From Nitrospinota bacterium (GTDB lineage Bacteria > JADFOP01), in the NCBI GenBank assembly GCA_022562795.1, contig JADFOP010000005.1, positions 3,660 to 67,659 on the forward strand: a stretch of 64,000 bases of DNA, in the 5' to 3' direction. Of this stretch, positions 41,385 to 50,509 are shown piece by piece. The notes beneath the pieces are model-generated. The model worked only from the letters and a program-made list of their open reading frames with translations, did not search any database and had not been told where the DNA came from. Position 1 is the stretch's first letter. The number at the start of each line of letters is the position of its first letter. The position numbers and the translations under genes are program-made.

Positions 41385-43325
41385 ATGGGGCATATGGCCG
41401 TGGCCACCAAAAGGCGACCGGCGCCTACTAAACGCAAACGTCGCGACGAGCCCTTCGATCTAATGGAGTGGCTCAAAAGCAAAACTAGTGTGGGAGGCAA
41501 GCCAGGCGACAAGCGCGCCAGGCGGAAAAAAACGCAATTCTCCCTATGGTATTTTGTCGCAGCCTTCCTCATCCTTTCGTTCATCAACACGCAACTCTTA
41601 CGAGAGGAAATCACCCACCTTCCGTATAGCGAGTTTAAAACGCTGCTAGCTTCGGGCCGGGTCGTCACGGCGGAGATAGAACGAGAGCATATTAAGGGGA
41701 CCATTAAGGAAGGCGACAAGACGAAAAAATTTCGAACCGTTCGGGTTGAGGATCCCAAGCTTGTAGAGCTCCTCGGAGCCCATGATGTCGAATATACCGG
41801 TCAAGCGGAAAACACCGTTCTTGCGAACCTTCTCTCCTGGGTTATCCCGCCGCTCATAATCCTCGCCATATGGATCGTCATCCTGAGGCGGATGGGGCCC
41901 GGCGGGGCGGGTGTGATGTCATTCGGCCGAAGCCGGGCGAAAATCTACGCCGAGGACGAGACGAAGGCGTCTTTCGACGATGTGGCCGGAGTGGATGAGG
42001 CCCAAGAAGAGCTTGAGGAGATTATCGAGTTCCTTAAACACCCGGAGAAATTCCGCCATCTCGGGGCTACCATCCCCAAGGGAGTTCTGCTGGTCGGCCC
42101 TCCAGGGACCGGCAAGACACTGCTCGCCAGGGCAGTGGCCGGCGAAGCAAAGGTCCCATTCTTCTCCATTTCCGGAAGCGAGTTCGTGGAGATGTTCGTC
42201 GGTGTAGGCGCCGCCCGGGTCCGGGACCTCTTCTCCCAAGCGGCCGAGCGAGCCCCGTGCATAATCTTCATCGACGAGCTCGACGCCATTGGTAAGGCCC
42301 GAGGAGCCAATCCCCTTGGAGGCCATGACGAGCGCGAGCAAACGCTCAACCAACTCCTTGTGGAGATGGACGGCTTCGATCCGCGAATGGGCGTCATCAT
42401 CATGTCGGCCACCAACCGGCCTGAAATTCTCGATCCAGCCCTCTTGCGCCCCGGTCGCTTCGACCGCCAAGTGGTTGTAGACAGACCCGATTTGCTGGGG
42501 CGGGAGGCGATCCTCGGTGTCCATGTGAAGAAGATTAAGCTCTCACCCGACGTTGATCTCAACGTCGTGGCCCGGCGTACCCCCGGCTTCGTCGGAGCAG
42601 ACCTTGCGAACATCGTCAACGAAGCAGCCCTCCTGGCCGCCAGGCGCGAAAAGCAGCTTGTCGAGATGGAGGAGATGGACGAGGCCATCGACCGGGCGAT
42701 TCTCGGCCTCGAAAAGAAAAGCAGGGTCATCAGCCCCCGCGTAAAGGAGATAGTTGCGTATCACGAGTCGGGCCACGCGCTGGTGGCAGAGTCGGTCGAG
42801 CACGCCGATCCGGTGCACAAAATTTCCATCGTGCCGAGAGGTGTGTCGGCGCTCGGCTACACGGTCCACACCACATCGGAAGATAACGTCATGGGCTTCG
42901 CCACGAAGGCGGAGCTTCTCGATCAGATGGCCGCCCTCCTCGGAGGGAGGGTGGCCGAAGAGATCGTATTCGCCGATGTATCCACCGGAGCCCAAAACGA
43001 CCTCCACCGCGTCACGAACATAGCTCGAGACATGGTGAAGGAGTACGGGATGAGCGATCGGCTCGGGCCCATCTCTTACGAGAAGGAGCGGCGACCGCTC
43101 TTCATCGGCGCCCCCGGCCTGTCGGGGGGGCGGGAATACAGCGAGGAGACTGCCCAGGCGATCGACGAAGAGGTCAAGAAAATCATCGAAGGCACCTACG
43201 AGCGCGTCCGCACAATCCTCCAGGACCAGCGCAACATGCTCGACAGACTTGCCAAGCTGCTCCTGGAGAAAGAAGTGGTGGAAGGCGACGAGTTGAGAGA
43301 CCTCATAAAAGCCGAGGAAATTTAA
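41385..43325 (+). CDS. ftsH: ATP-dependent zinc metalloprotease FtsH
   Basis: Two TM helices, Walker [21 protein letters not shown] region, HESGH zinc motif. Confidence 0.98.
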   Translation: MGHMAVATKRRPAPTKRKRRDEPFDLMEWLKSKTSVGGKPGDKRARRKKTQFSLWYFVAAFLILSFINTQLLREEITHLPYSEFKTLLASGRVVTAEIEREHIKGTIKEGDKTKKFRTVRVEDPKLVELLGAHDVEYTGQAENTVLANLLSWVIPPLIILAIWIVILRRMGPGGAGVMSFGRSRAKIYAEDETKASFDDVAGVDEAQEELEEIIEFLKHPEKFRHLGATIPKGVLLVGPPGTGKTLLARAVAGEAKVPFFSISGSEFVEMFVGVGAARVRDLFSQAAERAPCIIFIDELDAIGKARGANPLGGHDEREQTLNQLLVEMDGFDPRMGVIIMSATNRPEILDPALLRPGRFDRQVVVDRPDLLGREAILGVHVKKIKLSPDVDLNVVARRTPGFVGADLANIVNEAALLAARREKQLVEMEEMDEAIDRAILGLEKKSRVISPRVKEIVAYHESGHALVAESVEHADPVHKISIVPRGVSALGYTVHTTSEDNVMGFATKAELLDQMAALLGGRVAEEIVFADVSTGAQNDLHRVTNIARDMVKEYGMSDRLGPISYEKERRPLFIGAPGLSGGREYSEETAQAIDEEVKKIIEGTYERVRTILQDQRNMLDRLAKLLLEKEVVEGDELRDLIKAEEI

Positions 43326-43530
43326 CCCGAATGCGGAAAATCGCGGAAAATCGGCCCTGCGTCCGCAACTCGCGCCTTTGCGTTAGGCCTGATAAAATTC
43401 GCCTGGTAGTGAAATTTATCAAACCCCGCATCCCCAAACCAGGCGCAGGCCGGGCCGGGAGTCATGCCACAATGACCTCTATCACCATTTTCGACAGCCT
43501 CGCTAAGACCCCCTCCACGAGGAATCCACG

Positions 43531-44538
43531 ATGACCGCCGCTCCGGGGTCGAAACGCAAGAAACCGAGTCGGAAGAAGGGCATCATAGGTGCCCTGGACC
43601 TCGGAGGGACGAACATCAAGACCGCCCTGGTTGACCGTAGCGGCGCCATCGTAGCCAGAGACCATCGGCCCACCGAGGCCCACGGCGGCTCTCGCCACGT
43701 GATAGGCCGGATGGCTGAAGCCATCGGCGACCTCTGCTCTTCGACGGGCATCTCTGTCACTACTCTTGTCGGCGTGGGGGTCGGGTTCGCAGGCCCCCTC
43801 AACCCAGAGGAGGGAGTGATCTACCACGCCCCCAACCTCCCCGGCTGGTCGCGGGTGCCTCTCAGGGCCCGGTTGGAAAAATCCCTCGGCCTGCCCGTAG
43901 TCATAGAGAATGACGCCAACGCATGGACCCTGGGAGAGCACCGCTTTGGGGCTGGCCGTGGCTTAAGTCACATGGTTTGCTTGACCCTGGGCACCGGCCT
44001 CGGCGCGGGAATCATCTCCGATGGACGGCTTCTCCACGGCACCCGGGGTTTGGCCGCCGAGCTGGGCCATATGACCATCAACGCCCGAGGCATGCGATGC
44101 AGCTGCGGCAACCGCGGGTGTTTAGAGCTCTACGCATCGGCGCCCGCCGTCGTTAGGGCCGTCCGTCGCCACCTGCGGGGAGCGGTTTCCTCGAAGGTTC
44201 TGGCACTGGCGGCCGGCGACCCCGGAGGCCTCACGGCCAGAGTCGTCTCCCAGGCCGCGCGCCAAGGCGACCGGCCGGCCCAAGCAGCCCTTGAAGATGT
44301 GGGCCGCGCCCTCGGAGTAGGGATCGCCAACATCGCAAACATCCTCAACCCCGAGATGGTCGTCATAGGCGGAGCCGTGGCGGGAGCAGGACGCTACATC
44401 CTCGAACCGGCGCGAAAGGAAGCCAAGCGACGGGCATTTCGCGGCGCCACCGAGCGGCTGAAGATCGTCCGGGCGAAGCTCGGCGAGGATGCAGGCATGC
44501 TCGGCGCTGCGGCGCCCTTTATAGGGAGCCGGCCATGA
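43531..44538 (+). CDS. ROK-family sugar kinase (glucokinase-like)
   Basis: DLGGTNI, ENDANA, LGTGLGAG, ELGH, CSCGNRGCLE. Confidence 0.93.
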   Translation: MTAAPGSKRKKPSRKKGIIGALDLGGTNIKTALVDRSGAIVARDHRPTEAHGGSRHVIGRMAEAIGDLCSSTGISVTTLVGVGVGFAGPLNPEEGVIYHAPNLPGWSRVPLRARLEKSLGLPVVIENDANAWTLGEHRFGAGRGLSHMVCLTLGTGLGAGIISDGRLLHGTRGLAAELGHMTINARGMRCSCGNRGCLELYASAPAVVRAVRRHLRGAVSSKVLALAAGDPGGLTARVVSQAARQGDRPAQAALEDVGRALGVGIANIANILNPEMVVIGGAVAGAGRYILEPARKEAKRRAFRGATERLKIVRAKLGEDAGMLGAAAPFIGSRP

Positions 44539-45425
44539 GGCCCCAGGTAAGACGAAGCCCGTCGGCGCTCTGGCTACTCTGCGCCCTCGCGGCGGCCCTG
44601 ACGCTCGCCGCGACCAGTCTGGCAGGGACCGAAGATAAGCAGACGGCGACCCCCGCCACAGCCGACCATTCCGCCACCGGCGCCTACTCCCTGCCCTTCG
44701 CGCCCGGAGAGGAGCTTACCTACAGGCTGTCTTGGTTTGGGATCCCCGCCGGCACGGCTGTTACGACGGTCAGCGAAGCAAGCCCACACAATGGCCACTC
44801 CGTATGGCGGATCACTTCCCTGACATCCTCGTCGAAGTTCATGGACATGTTCTACAAGGTCCGCGACCGGGTCGTCAGCCTCTTTGACCCCGAACTCCGA
44901 GCGCCCCGTTTTTACAGAATCGACCAACGGGAGGGCCGTTATCGGGCACGGCGAATCATCACCTTCGACCAGGAAGCGGGCCAGGCCACCTACATCAAGA
45001 ACGACAACCCTCCTCAGGTGAAAACCATCCCCACGGGCGTTCAGGACGCCCTAAGCGTCCTCTACTACTTCCGGGCGCTTAAGACCGAGCCGGGCACAAC
45101 TGTCACGATCCCTACCCTTCCGGGAAAAAAGCTCCACCATGTGAAGGTCGACGTCCTGCGACGGGAAACCATCACAGTGCCGCACCTGGGCCGCGTGGCC
45201 ACAATCGTCGTCCAGCCACACATGGATTTTATCGGCATTTTTCGCAAGGCGGGCAATATCTTAATCTGGATGACCGATGATGAGCGAAAAATCCCCGTTA
45301 GAATGAAGACGACGATCGTCTACGGCCAGGTGTCGGCAGTTCTCGTGGAGGCGCGCGGGTGCCGAAAAGCCGCCCAAAAAGAGGGCGAGAAGGAGTTGCC
45401 ACCAGGCGAGGTCTGTAAGACGTAG
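44535..45425 (+). CDS. DUF3108-family exported protein
   Basis: Signal peptide, GEELTYRLSW, YKVRD, QDALSVLYYFR, IWMTDDERKIPVR. Confidence 0.85.
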   Translation: MRPQVRRSPSALWLLCALAAALTLAATSLAGTEDKQTATPATADHSATGAYSLPFAPGEELTYRLSWFGIPAGTAVTTVSEASPHNGHSVWRITSLTSSSKFMDMFYKVRDRVVSLFDPELRAPRFYRIDQREGRYRARRIITFDQEAGQATYIKNDNPPQVKTIPTGVQDALSVLYYFRALKTEPGTTVTIPTLPGKKLHHVKVDVLRRETITVPHLGRVATIVVQPHMDFIGIFRKAGNILIWMTDDERKIPVRMKTTIVYGQVSAVLVEARGCRKAAQKEGEKELPPGEVCKT

Positions 45426-45445
45426 GCGGGGGCATTGCGCAGGGC

Positions 45446-45724
45446 TTAGAAGCCCCGGCGCTTCATCATCTCTTCTTCGTAGTGCTTGTTATATAGGATG
45501 TCCCACTCGGGGCTTCCCTCACGCAATTTCCGCGAGTAAGAAGCCAGGGTCCGTCGGGCCTCTTCATCAACAATCTCATCGATGGTGAGCTCATCCGTAA
45601 TGATGCGAACCATCTGGAGCCGCACATCATTCGGCTCGCGGAGGAAATCCGCATGCTCGTCCTCCTCGAGGGATTCAAGCAGTAGCTTCGAGAGATGGTT
45701 GATTTTCCATCGGGACAAACGCAT
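45446..45724 (-). CDS. DUF507-family protein
   Basis: MRLSR...EWDILYNKHYEEE; tandem partner of the next gene. Confidence 0.8.
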   Translation of the reverse strand: MRLSRWKINHLSKLLLESLEEDEHADFLREPNDVRLQMVRIITDELTIDEIVDEEARRTLASYSRKLREGSPEWDILYNKHYEEEMMKRRGF

Positions 45725-45762
45725 GGACTATTGCTCCTGAAAGCCCGAGGCAGGGGCGCCCC

Positions 45763-46044
45763 TTAGAGGACGAGACCCCTCTCCTGGGACAACTTGCGCT
45801 TAATCATGACAAACATCTTGTGGTAATCGATATTGCGCCTGTCAATATCTTCCTGGTGCTGATCTAGGATTTCGCGCACCTCCTCGTTGAGCCGGTCCTC
45901 AACCAACAAATCATCAATTATCACATTCACGAAGAGGGCTTCGAGGTCGCGCATATTCCCGTCGTAAGTGATATACCGCCGGTCGACTAGCTTCTTCGCC
46001 ATTACCTGGGCGATATATTGCACCATCTCTTTCTTGAGGCGCAT
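45763..46044 (-). CDS. DUF507-family protein
   Basis: MRLKKE...EDRLNEEVREIL...FVMIKRKLSQERGLVL. Confidence 0.85.
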   Translation of the reverse strand: MRLKKEMVQYIAQVMAKKLVDRRYITYDGNMRDLEALFVNVIIDDLLVEDRLNEEVREILDQHQEDIDRRNIDYHKMFVMIKRKLSQERGLVL

Positions 46045-46227
46045 GGCTTCCTCCGGGAGCTACGCTCCATTATCTAACATACCCGAAGCTGCGGCGGATG
46101 ACAAGAGGATAAAAACCCCTTACAGGAGCGTATTAAGGGCTCTCAGGCGGGTACGGAGGGTCCTCATGATCCATAGAACTGAAAGAGATTCGCCGAATCG
46201 AGGCGGGGTGTCCCGAGCGGTTAGCGG

Positions 46228-47067
46228 CTAAGAGGCGGCCTTCGCCCCGGCTGCTTTGCGGAGGGCCTCGACGATGTCTAGGCTGAGCTTGACCTTCCCG
46301 ATGAGCACTTCAGCCTTTCCAGGACCGTGGCAGTCGGAGCCCCCGCTTGCCAGCAGGCCGTGTTTCTTCGCCAGGGAGGCGTAATAGCGGCTCTGTTCGG
46401 GCGAATGCGCCCCATGCCAAGCCTCGATCCCCCGCAGGCCTGAGCTTACCAGGCTGGGAATGAGCTCATCGACCTGCGACGTGCCCGGGTGGGCCAGGAC
46501 CGGCACGCCACCGGCCTGTAGCACCATCTCGATGGCGCCTTTAGGCGTGTGGGAGCCGATCGGGACGTAGCACGGCCCGGAATCGGAGAGGTAGAGCCTG
46601 AAGGCCTCCTCGAGGGAGGCAACAGCTCCCCGCTCGACGATGAAACGGGCGAGGTGGAGACGGCCCACGATACCACGGTGGGCGTAGGTAAGCAGCTCAT
46701 CCATATCGACCACGATTCCAAAGTCCGCGAGCTTCGCCACCATCTTCCGCATCCGCTCCACGCGCATATCAACGACGCGCTCCTGCTCGGCCAGGAAGGC
46801 GGCATTGTCAATATCGACGAAGTAACCCAGTATGTGAATCGGCCGCCTCCCCTCCGAGGCGCTCACCTCGATGGCCGGGATGACCTCGATCCCATATGCA
46901 GCGGCGGCGGCCTGGGTCTCCGCCACGCCGTCGGTGATATCGTGGTCGGTGATGGCGATGACGGCCAGGTCCCCTTCGGCGGCCACCCGCTCCACGACCT
47001 GGGCCGGCGACCAGAAGCCGTCGGAGTAGTTGGTGTGGATGTGGAGGTCGGCGAAGCCTTGAGCCAT
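46228..47067 (-). CDS. PHP-domain phosphoesterase (TrpH/YciV-like)
   Basis: DLHIHTNYSDG, AITDHD, HILGYF, GRLHLA, LAHP, GGSDCHG; start ATG 47067. Confidence 0.93.
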   Translation of the reverse strand: MAQGFADLHIHTNYSDGFWSPAQVVERVAAEGDLAVIAITDHDITDGVAETQAAAAAYGIEVIPAIEVSASEGRRPIHILGYFVDIDNAAFLAEQERVVDMRVERMRKMVAKLADFGIVVDMDELLTYAHRGIVGRLHLARFIVERGAVASLEEAFRLYLSDSGPCYVPIGSHTPKGAIEMVLQAGGVPVLAHPGTSQVDELIPSLVSSGLRGIEAWHGAHSPEQSRYYASLAKKHGLLASGGSDCHGPGKAEVLIGKVKLSLDIVEALRKAAGAKAAS

Positions 47068-47182
47068 CGAAGCTCTCCCCGCTAAAACCCAAAAAGCCAA
47101 CAGGCCCACAAAGCCCTCAATATACGCTCCATTGGCGGTAGGGGCAAGGGCCAGGGTGGACAGCCCTTGTAGATGTCCGGCT

Positions 47183-47208
47183 TCCGCCTCAGGCGAACCT
47201 CAGGCGGA
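47183..47208. repeat. Palindromic CCGCCTCAGG repeat
   Basis: TCCGCCTCAGGCGAACCTCAGGCGGA; its reverse complement matches 21613-21635 at all but one position. Confidence 0.6.
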
Positions 47209-47366
47209 CAGCACCCCGACACCACCTGCTGAGGCGTGGACCTTATGTAGGGACAGGGCTTGTCCCTGTCCGTGGGCTGGGAGGGCAAATTGTGTGTACG
47301 GACGGGATGGGGTTCATCCTTTTCGTGGGGGGGTCATTCCTGTTCGCGGACAGCCTTACCGGCCCC

Positions 47367-47693
47367 TCACCCCTCCTCCTCCCAGGCGGCGAGGCCCCCT
47401 TCGAGGACCGAGACTTTGGAAAACCCCTTTTCTCGGATATTGGCCGCCGAACCGGCGGCCGAGCCTTCGCCCGGTCACGTTCAGTAAAAGACGACGCCCT
47501 GCTCGGGGCCCAACACCGAATAGCGTTGGTCGAGCTCCGCCTTAGGGATCGAGATGGCCCCCGGCAGGCGGTGCTCATTGAAGGACTCAACCTTCCGGAC
47601 GTCCACGACGACCAGGTCGGCTGCATCTTGCATGAGCGCCCTAAGCTCCTGGGCGGTAATCCGCGGAACCTGTCCTGCTGTCTCTCCCGTCAC
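47367..47693 (-). CDS. Rhodanese-like probable selenoprotein with a UxU active site (108 aa)
   Basis: Strong SD AAAGGAGGTG and GTG start. VVDVR...LPGA..IP, then VVFY-TGA-ACG-TGA-PGEGSAA...GFSKVSVLEGGLAAWEEEG*. The domain is complete only if both TGAs (47483-47481, 47477-47475) are read through. Confidence 0.85.
47442..47460 (-). promoter_or_regulatory. Candidate bacterial SECIS hairpin
   Basis: GGCCGCC-GGTTC-GGCGGCC; the G-starting loop lies 27 nt and 21 nt downstream of the two UGA codons. Confidence 0.6.
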
Positions 47694-47766
47694 TCGGAAT
47701 CACCTCCTTTCGAAACCGTCACTTTCTTAGGATAAAGACCTACAGAGATATTTCAGGCAGACCCAT

Positions 47767-48855
47767 CTACAGGCCCTGGAAAGCAATAATAACCACGCCT
47801 GTCACCAGGACGTTGATCAGGCCCAAAGGAAGCATGTACTTCCAGCCGAGCCGCATCAGCTGATCGTAGCGGAAGCGGGGGAGCGTCCAGCGGATGGTCA
47901 TAAGCAGCCAGCAGAAGAAGACCACCTTGAAGACGAAGGAGCCCACCTGGAGCAGGACGACGAGCAGGTGGGGCAGGCCGAAAAAGAAGCCGCCGGGGAT
48001 GTGAAAGCCGTCGGCCAAGAGGAATGGGACCTGCCAGCCTCCGAAGAAGAGGCTCGTCACTATGCCCGCCACCATCGTAGTCTCGATGAAATCGGCGAAC
48101 ATGAACATGCCCCACTTCATTCCGCTGTACTCGGTGAAGTAGCCGATGATCTCGCTTTCGCTCTCTGGCAGGTCGAAGGGGATGCGTTTGCTCTCGGCCA
48201 CGGAGGCGGTCAGAAAGAGGAGGAAGGCGACGGGCTGGACCACGACCCCCCACTTCGGGATGAAGCCGAACAGGAGCTCGCCCTGGGCGCGGTTGATCTC
48301 GCTAAGCTGGAGGGTATTGAAGACCATTAGTATCCCGATTATGGCAAGCCCGAGCGTAATCTCGTAGGAGATAAGCTGGGCCGAGGCCCGAAGGCCCCCC
48401 ATCAGGGAAAATTTATTGTTTGAAGACCAGCCGGCGAGCACAACCCCGTAGATGCCCATCCCGCCGACGGCGAAGAAATAGAGGATGCCCACGTTGAAAT
48501 CGACGACCTGGAGCGGGATTGCGCGGCTCCCAATGTGGAGGACGTCGCCGAAGGGGATGATGGCGAAGGCCACGAGCGGCGGGAAGAAGGCGATGAAGGG
48601 GGCCAGGGTGTGAAGAAATCGGTTGCCCCCAGGCGGTACGAAGTCCTCCTTGGTCATCATCTTGAGCCCGTCGGCGATGGGGTGGAAGAGGCCGATGAGG
48701 CGGAATCCGAAGATATCGGCCCTGTTGGCCCCGATGCGGTCTTGAATGACGGCGCTCTGCTTGCGCTCCACCCACGTCAACAGCCCCGCCACGTTCATGA
48801 CGAAGCCGATGACAAGCAATACCTTCACCAAGTCAATGGCGGCGTCGATTATCAT
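47767..48855 (-). CDS. nuoH: NADH-quinone oxidoreductase subunit H
   Basis: ERKQSAVIQDRIG, DGLKMMTKED, SAQLISYE, PFDLPESESE, LPRFRYDQLM. Confidence 0.97.
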   Translation of the reverse strand: MIIDAAIDLVKVLLVIGFVMNVAGLLTWVERKQSAVIQDRIGANRADIFGFRLIGLFHPIADGLKMMTKEDFVPPGGNRFLHTLAPFIAFFPPLVAFAIIPFGDVLHIGSRAIPLQVVDFNVGILYFFAVGGMGIYGVVLAGWSSNNKFSLMGGLRASAQLISYEITLGLAIIGILMVFNTLQLSEINRAQGELLFGFIPKWGVVVQPVAFLLFLTASVAESKRIPFDLPESESEIIGYFTEYSGMKWGMFMFADFIETTMVAGIVTSLFFGGWQVPFLLADGFHIPGGFFFGLPHLLVVLLQVGSFVFKVVFFCWLLMTIRWTLPRFRYDQLMRLGWKYMLPLGLINVLVTGVVIIAFQGL

Positions 48856-50483
48856 TCTGCAGCATCCGCCACGGCCACGCCCGTGAGCTCGCCGCTATGC
48901 CCAAGGGTGTCGTAGGAGAGCCCGGCGTAGGGGCCGACGGCCTGGGCGATGGCGTCAAAGACCTCCCGGACGTTTTTATACGGGCACTCGACGCCAATGG
49001 CCTGGGCCAGGCCCGCCCAGATATCCCACTCAGGAAGGGCCTCGCCGAGGGGCTCCATGGCTTTCATAAATCGCTGCACGCGACCTTCGAAATTGGTGAA
49101 GGTCCCTTCCCTCTCCACGTAGACCGCCGCCGGAAGAACCACGCTTGCCAGCCGCTGCGTGCTCGTAGGGAGCCATCCGACGAAGATGAGGGTCTCCAGG
49201 CCCTCGAGGGCCTCGGCCTGGTCGCCCTCGGGGAAGAGATGGCTAAGGTCGTGGTGGCAGACGACGAGCGCCTTTATCGAGCCCTTGCGGCAGCCGGCCA
49301 AAATGCCCTTGAGACCTCGCCTGCCTTTGCCCGGCGTGAGGCCCAGGTCGGCGCAGCCGCGGGTATTGGGGTTCTTGTCGGCCTTGATGAGAATATCGTC
49401 CTCGTAGCCCTCCTCGGCCGGAGACACCCGATAGTCGATGTTTGGCACGCCCAGGCCCTCGCGGAAGAGGCTTTCCAAGACGAAGAGGTCTTCGTTAGCG
49501 CTCTGGGCCGAAGGGATGACGGCGATCGATTCGGGCCCGTGGGCCTCAATTGTCCCCCGGAGGGCCTCGGCAGCCTCCCGGATGGCCTCCGTCCAGGATA
49601 CCTGGCGGAAACCCGCGCCGTCGCGGACCAGAGGAAAGAGCAAGCGGTCGGGGTCGTCCACGAACGGGTAGGCGCCGTGGCGGCCGAAGTCGCACATCCA
49701 GTGACCGTTGACCTCGGCGTTGTAGCGCGGCAAGAGCCGATAGACCCGCTTGTGCTCGAAACGAAAGCGGCGCATGGTATGGTGGACATCGATGTTGCAG
49801 CCGCGGGAGCACCCGGGACATACGCTCTCGGTCTGCTCCAGATACCAGACCCGGACCTGGAAGCGGAAGTCCTTGTCGGTGAAGGCGCCTACGGGGCAGA
49901 TGTCCACGAGGTTGCCCGTGTAGTGGTTCTTCAGGGGCTGGCCCATGAAAGTGGTGATGGTCTTGCGGGAGCCCCGGTCGATGAAGCCCATCTCCTGGTC
50001 ACCGACGACCTCGTCACCGAAGCGCACGCAGCGGGTGCAGAGGATACAGCGTTCTTGGTCGAGAACGAGCGTTCCGATATCAATGACCTTTCCCTTGACC
50101 CATTTCTTATCTTGCATCCGGCTGGAGTACAGACCGTGCTCCATATAGTAGTCCTGGAGCCCGCACTCGCCGGCCTTATCGCAGATGGGGCAATCGAGAG
50201 GGTGGTTGATGAGGAGATACTCCAGGACGTCGGCCCTGGCCTTCTCAACCTCCTCCGACGCCGTACGGACAACCATCCCGTCGGTGACGGGTGCCGCGCA
50301 CGCAATGACGAGCTTGGGGCTCTTTTCCACCTCGACGAGGCACATGCGGCAAGTGCCGTCAATGGAAAGGCCGGGATGATAGCAGTAGTGGGGGATGGAT
50401 ATGCCCGCCTCCTCGGCGGCATCTATGATGCTCTTCCCCTCGTCGACGTCAATGGTTATGCCGTCAATTTCAACTTTGGGCAT
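48852..50483 (-). CDS. nuoG: NADH-quinone oxidoreductase subunit G (short form)
   Basis: CYHPGL..GTCRMCLVE, NHPLDCPICDKAGECGLQ, CILCTRC, DICPVGA, CPGCSRGC...MCD clusters; EREGTFTNFEGRVQ. Confidence 0.9.
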   Translation of the reverse strand: MPKVEIDGITIDVDEGKSIIDAAEEAGISIPHYCYHPGLSIDGTCRMCLVEVEKSPKLVIACAAPVTDGMVVRTASEEVEKARADVLEYLLINHPLDCPICDKAGECGLQDYYMEHGLYSSRMQDKKWVKGKVIDIGTLVLDQERCILCTRCVRFGDEVVGDQEMGFIDRGSRKTITTFMGQPLKNHYTGNLVDICPVGAFTDKDFRFQVRVWYLEQTESVCPGCSRGCNIDVHHTMRRFRFEHKRVYRLLPRYNAEVNGHWMCDFGRHGAYPFVDDPDRLLFPLVRDGAGFRQVSWTEAIREAAEALRGTIEAHGPESIAVIPSAQSANEDLFVLESLFREGLGVPNIDYRVSPAEEGYEDDILIKADKNPNTRGCADLGLTPGKGRRGLKGILAGCRKGSIKALVVCHHDLSHLFPEGDQAEALEGLETLIFVGWLPTSTQRLASVVLPAAVYVEREGTFTNFEGRVQRFMKAMEPLGEALPEWDIWAGLAQAIGVECPYKNVREVFDAIAQAVGPYAGLSYDTLGHSGELTGVAVADAAE

Positions 50484-50509
50484 CGCGTTGTTCCTCAGAG
50501 GACCGACCG

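Noticed and set aside
45446-46044. Tandem DUF507 pair as a toxin-antitoxin or novel system
   Set aside because: Paired DUF507 genes are a familiar arrangement and show no toxin motifs.
47367-47369. Third in-frame TGA in the rhodanese as a possible extra Sec
   Set aside because: It lies after the normal C-terminal GG...W motif, has no Cys-equivalent context and no convincing hairpin; taken as the stop.
47481-47693. ORF-track call of a 70-aa rhodanese ending at VVFY*
   Set aside because: The domain is cut at its active site and resumes in frame after TGA-ACG-TGA; treated as Sec read-through.
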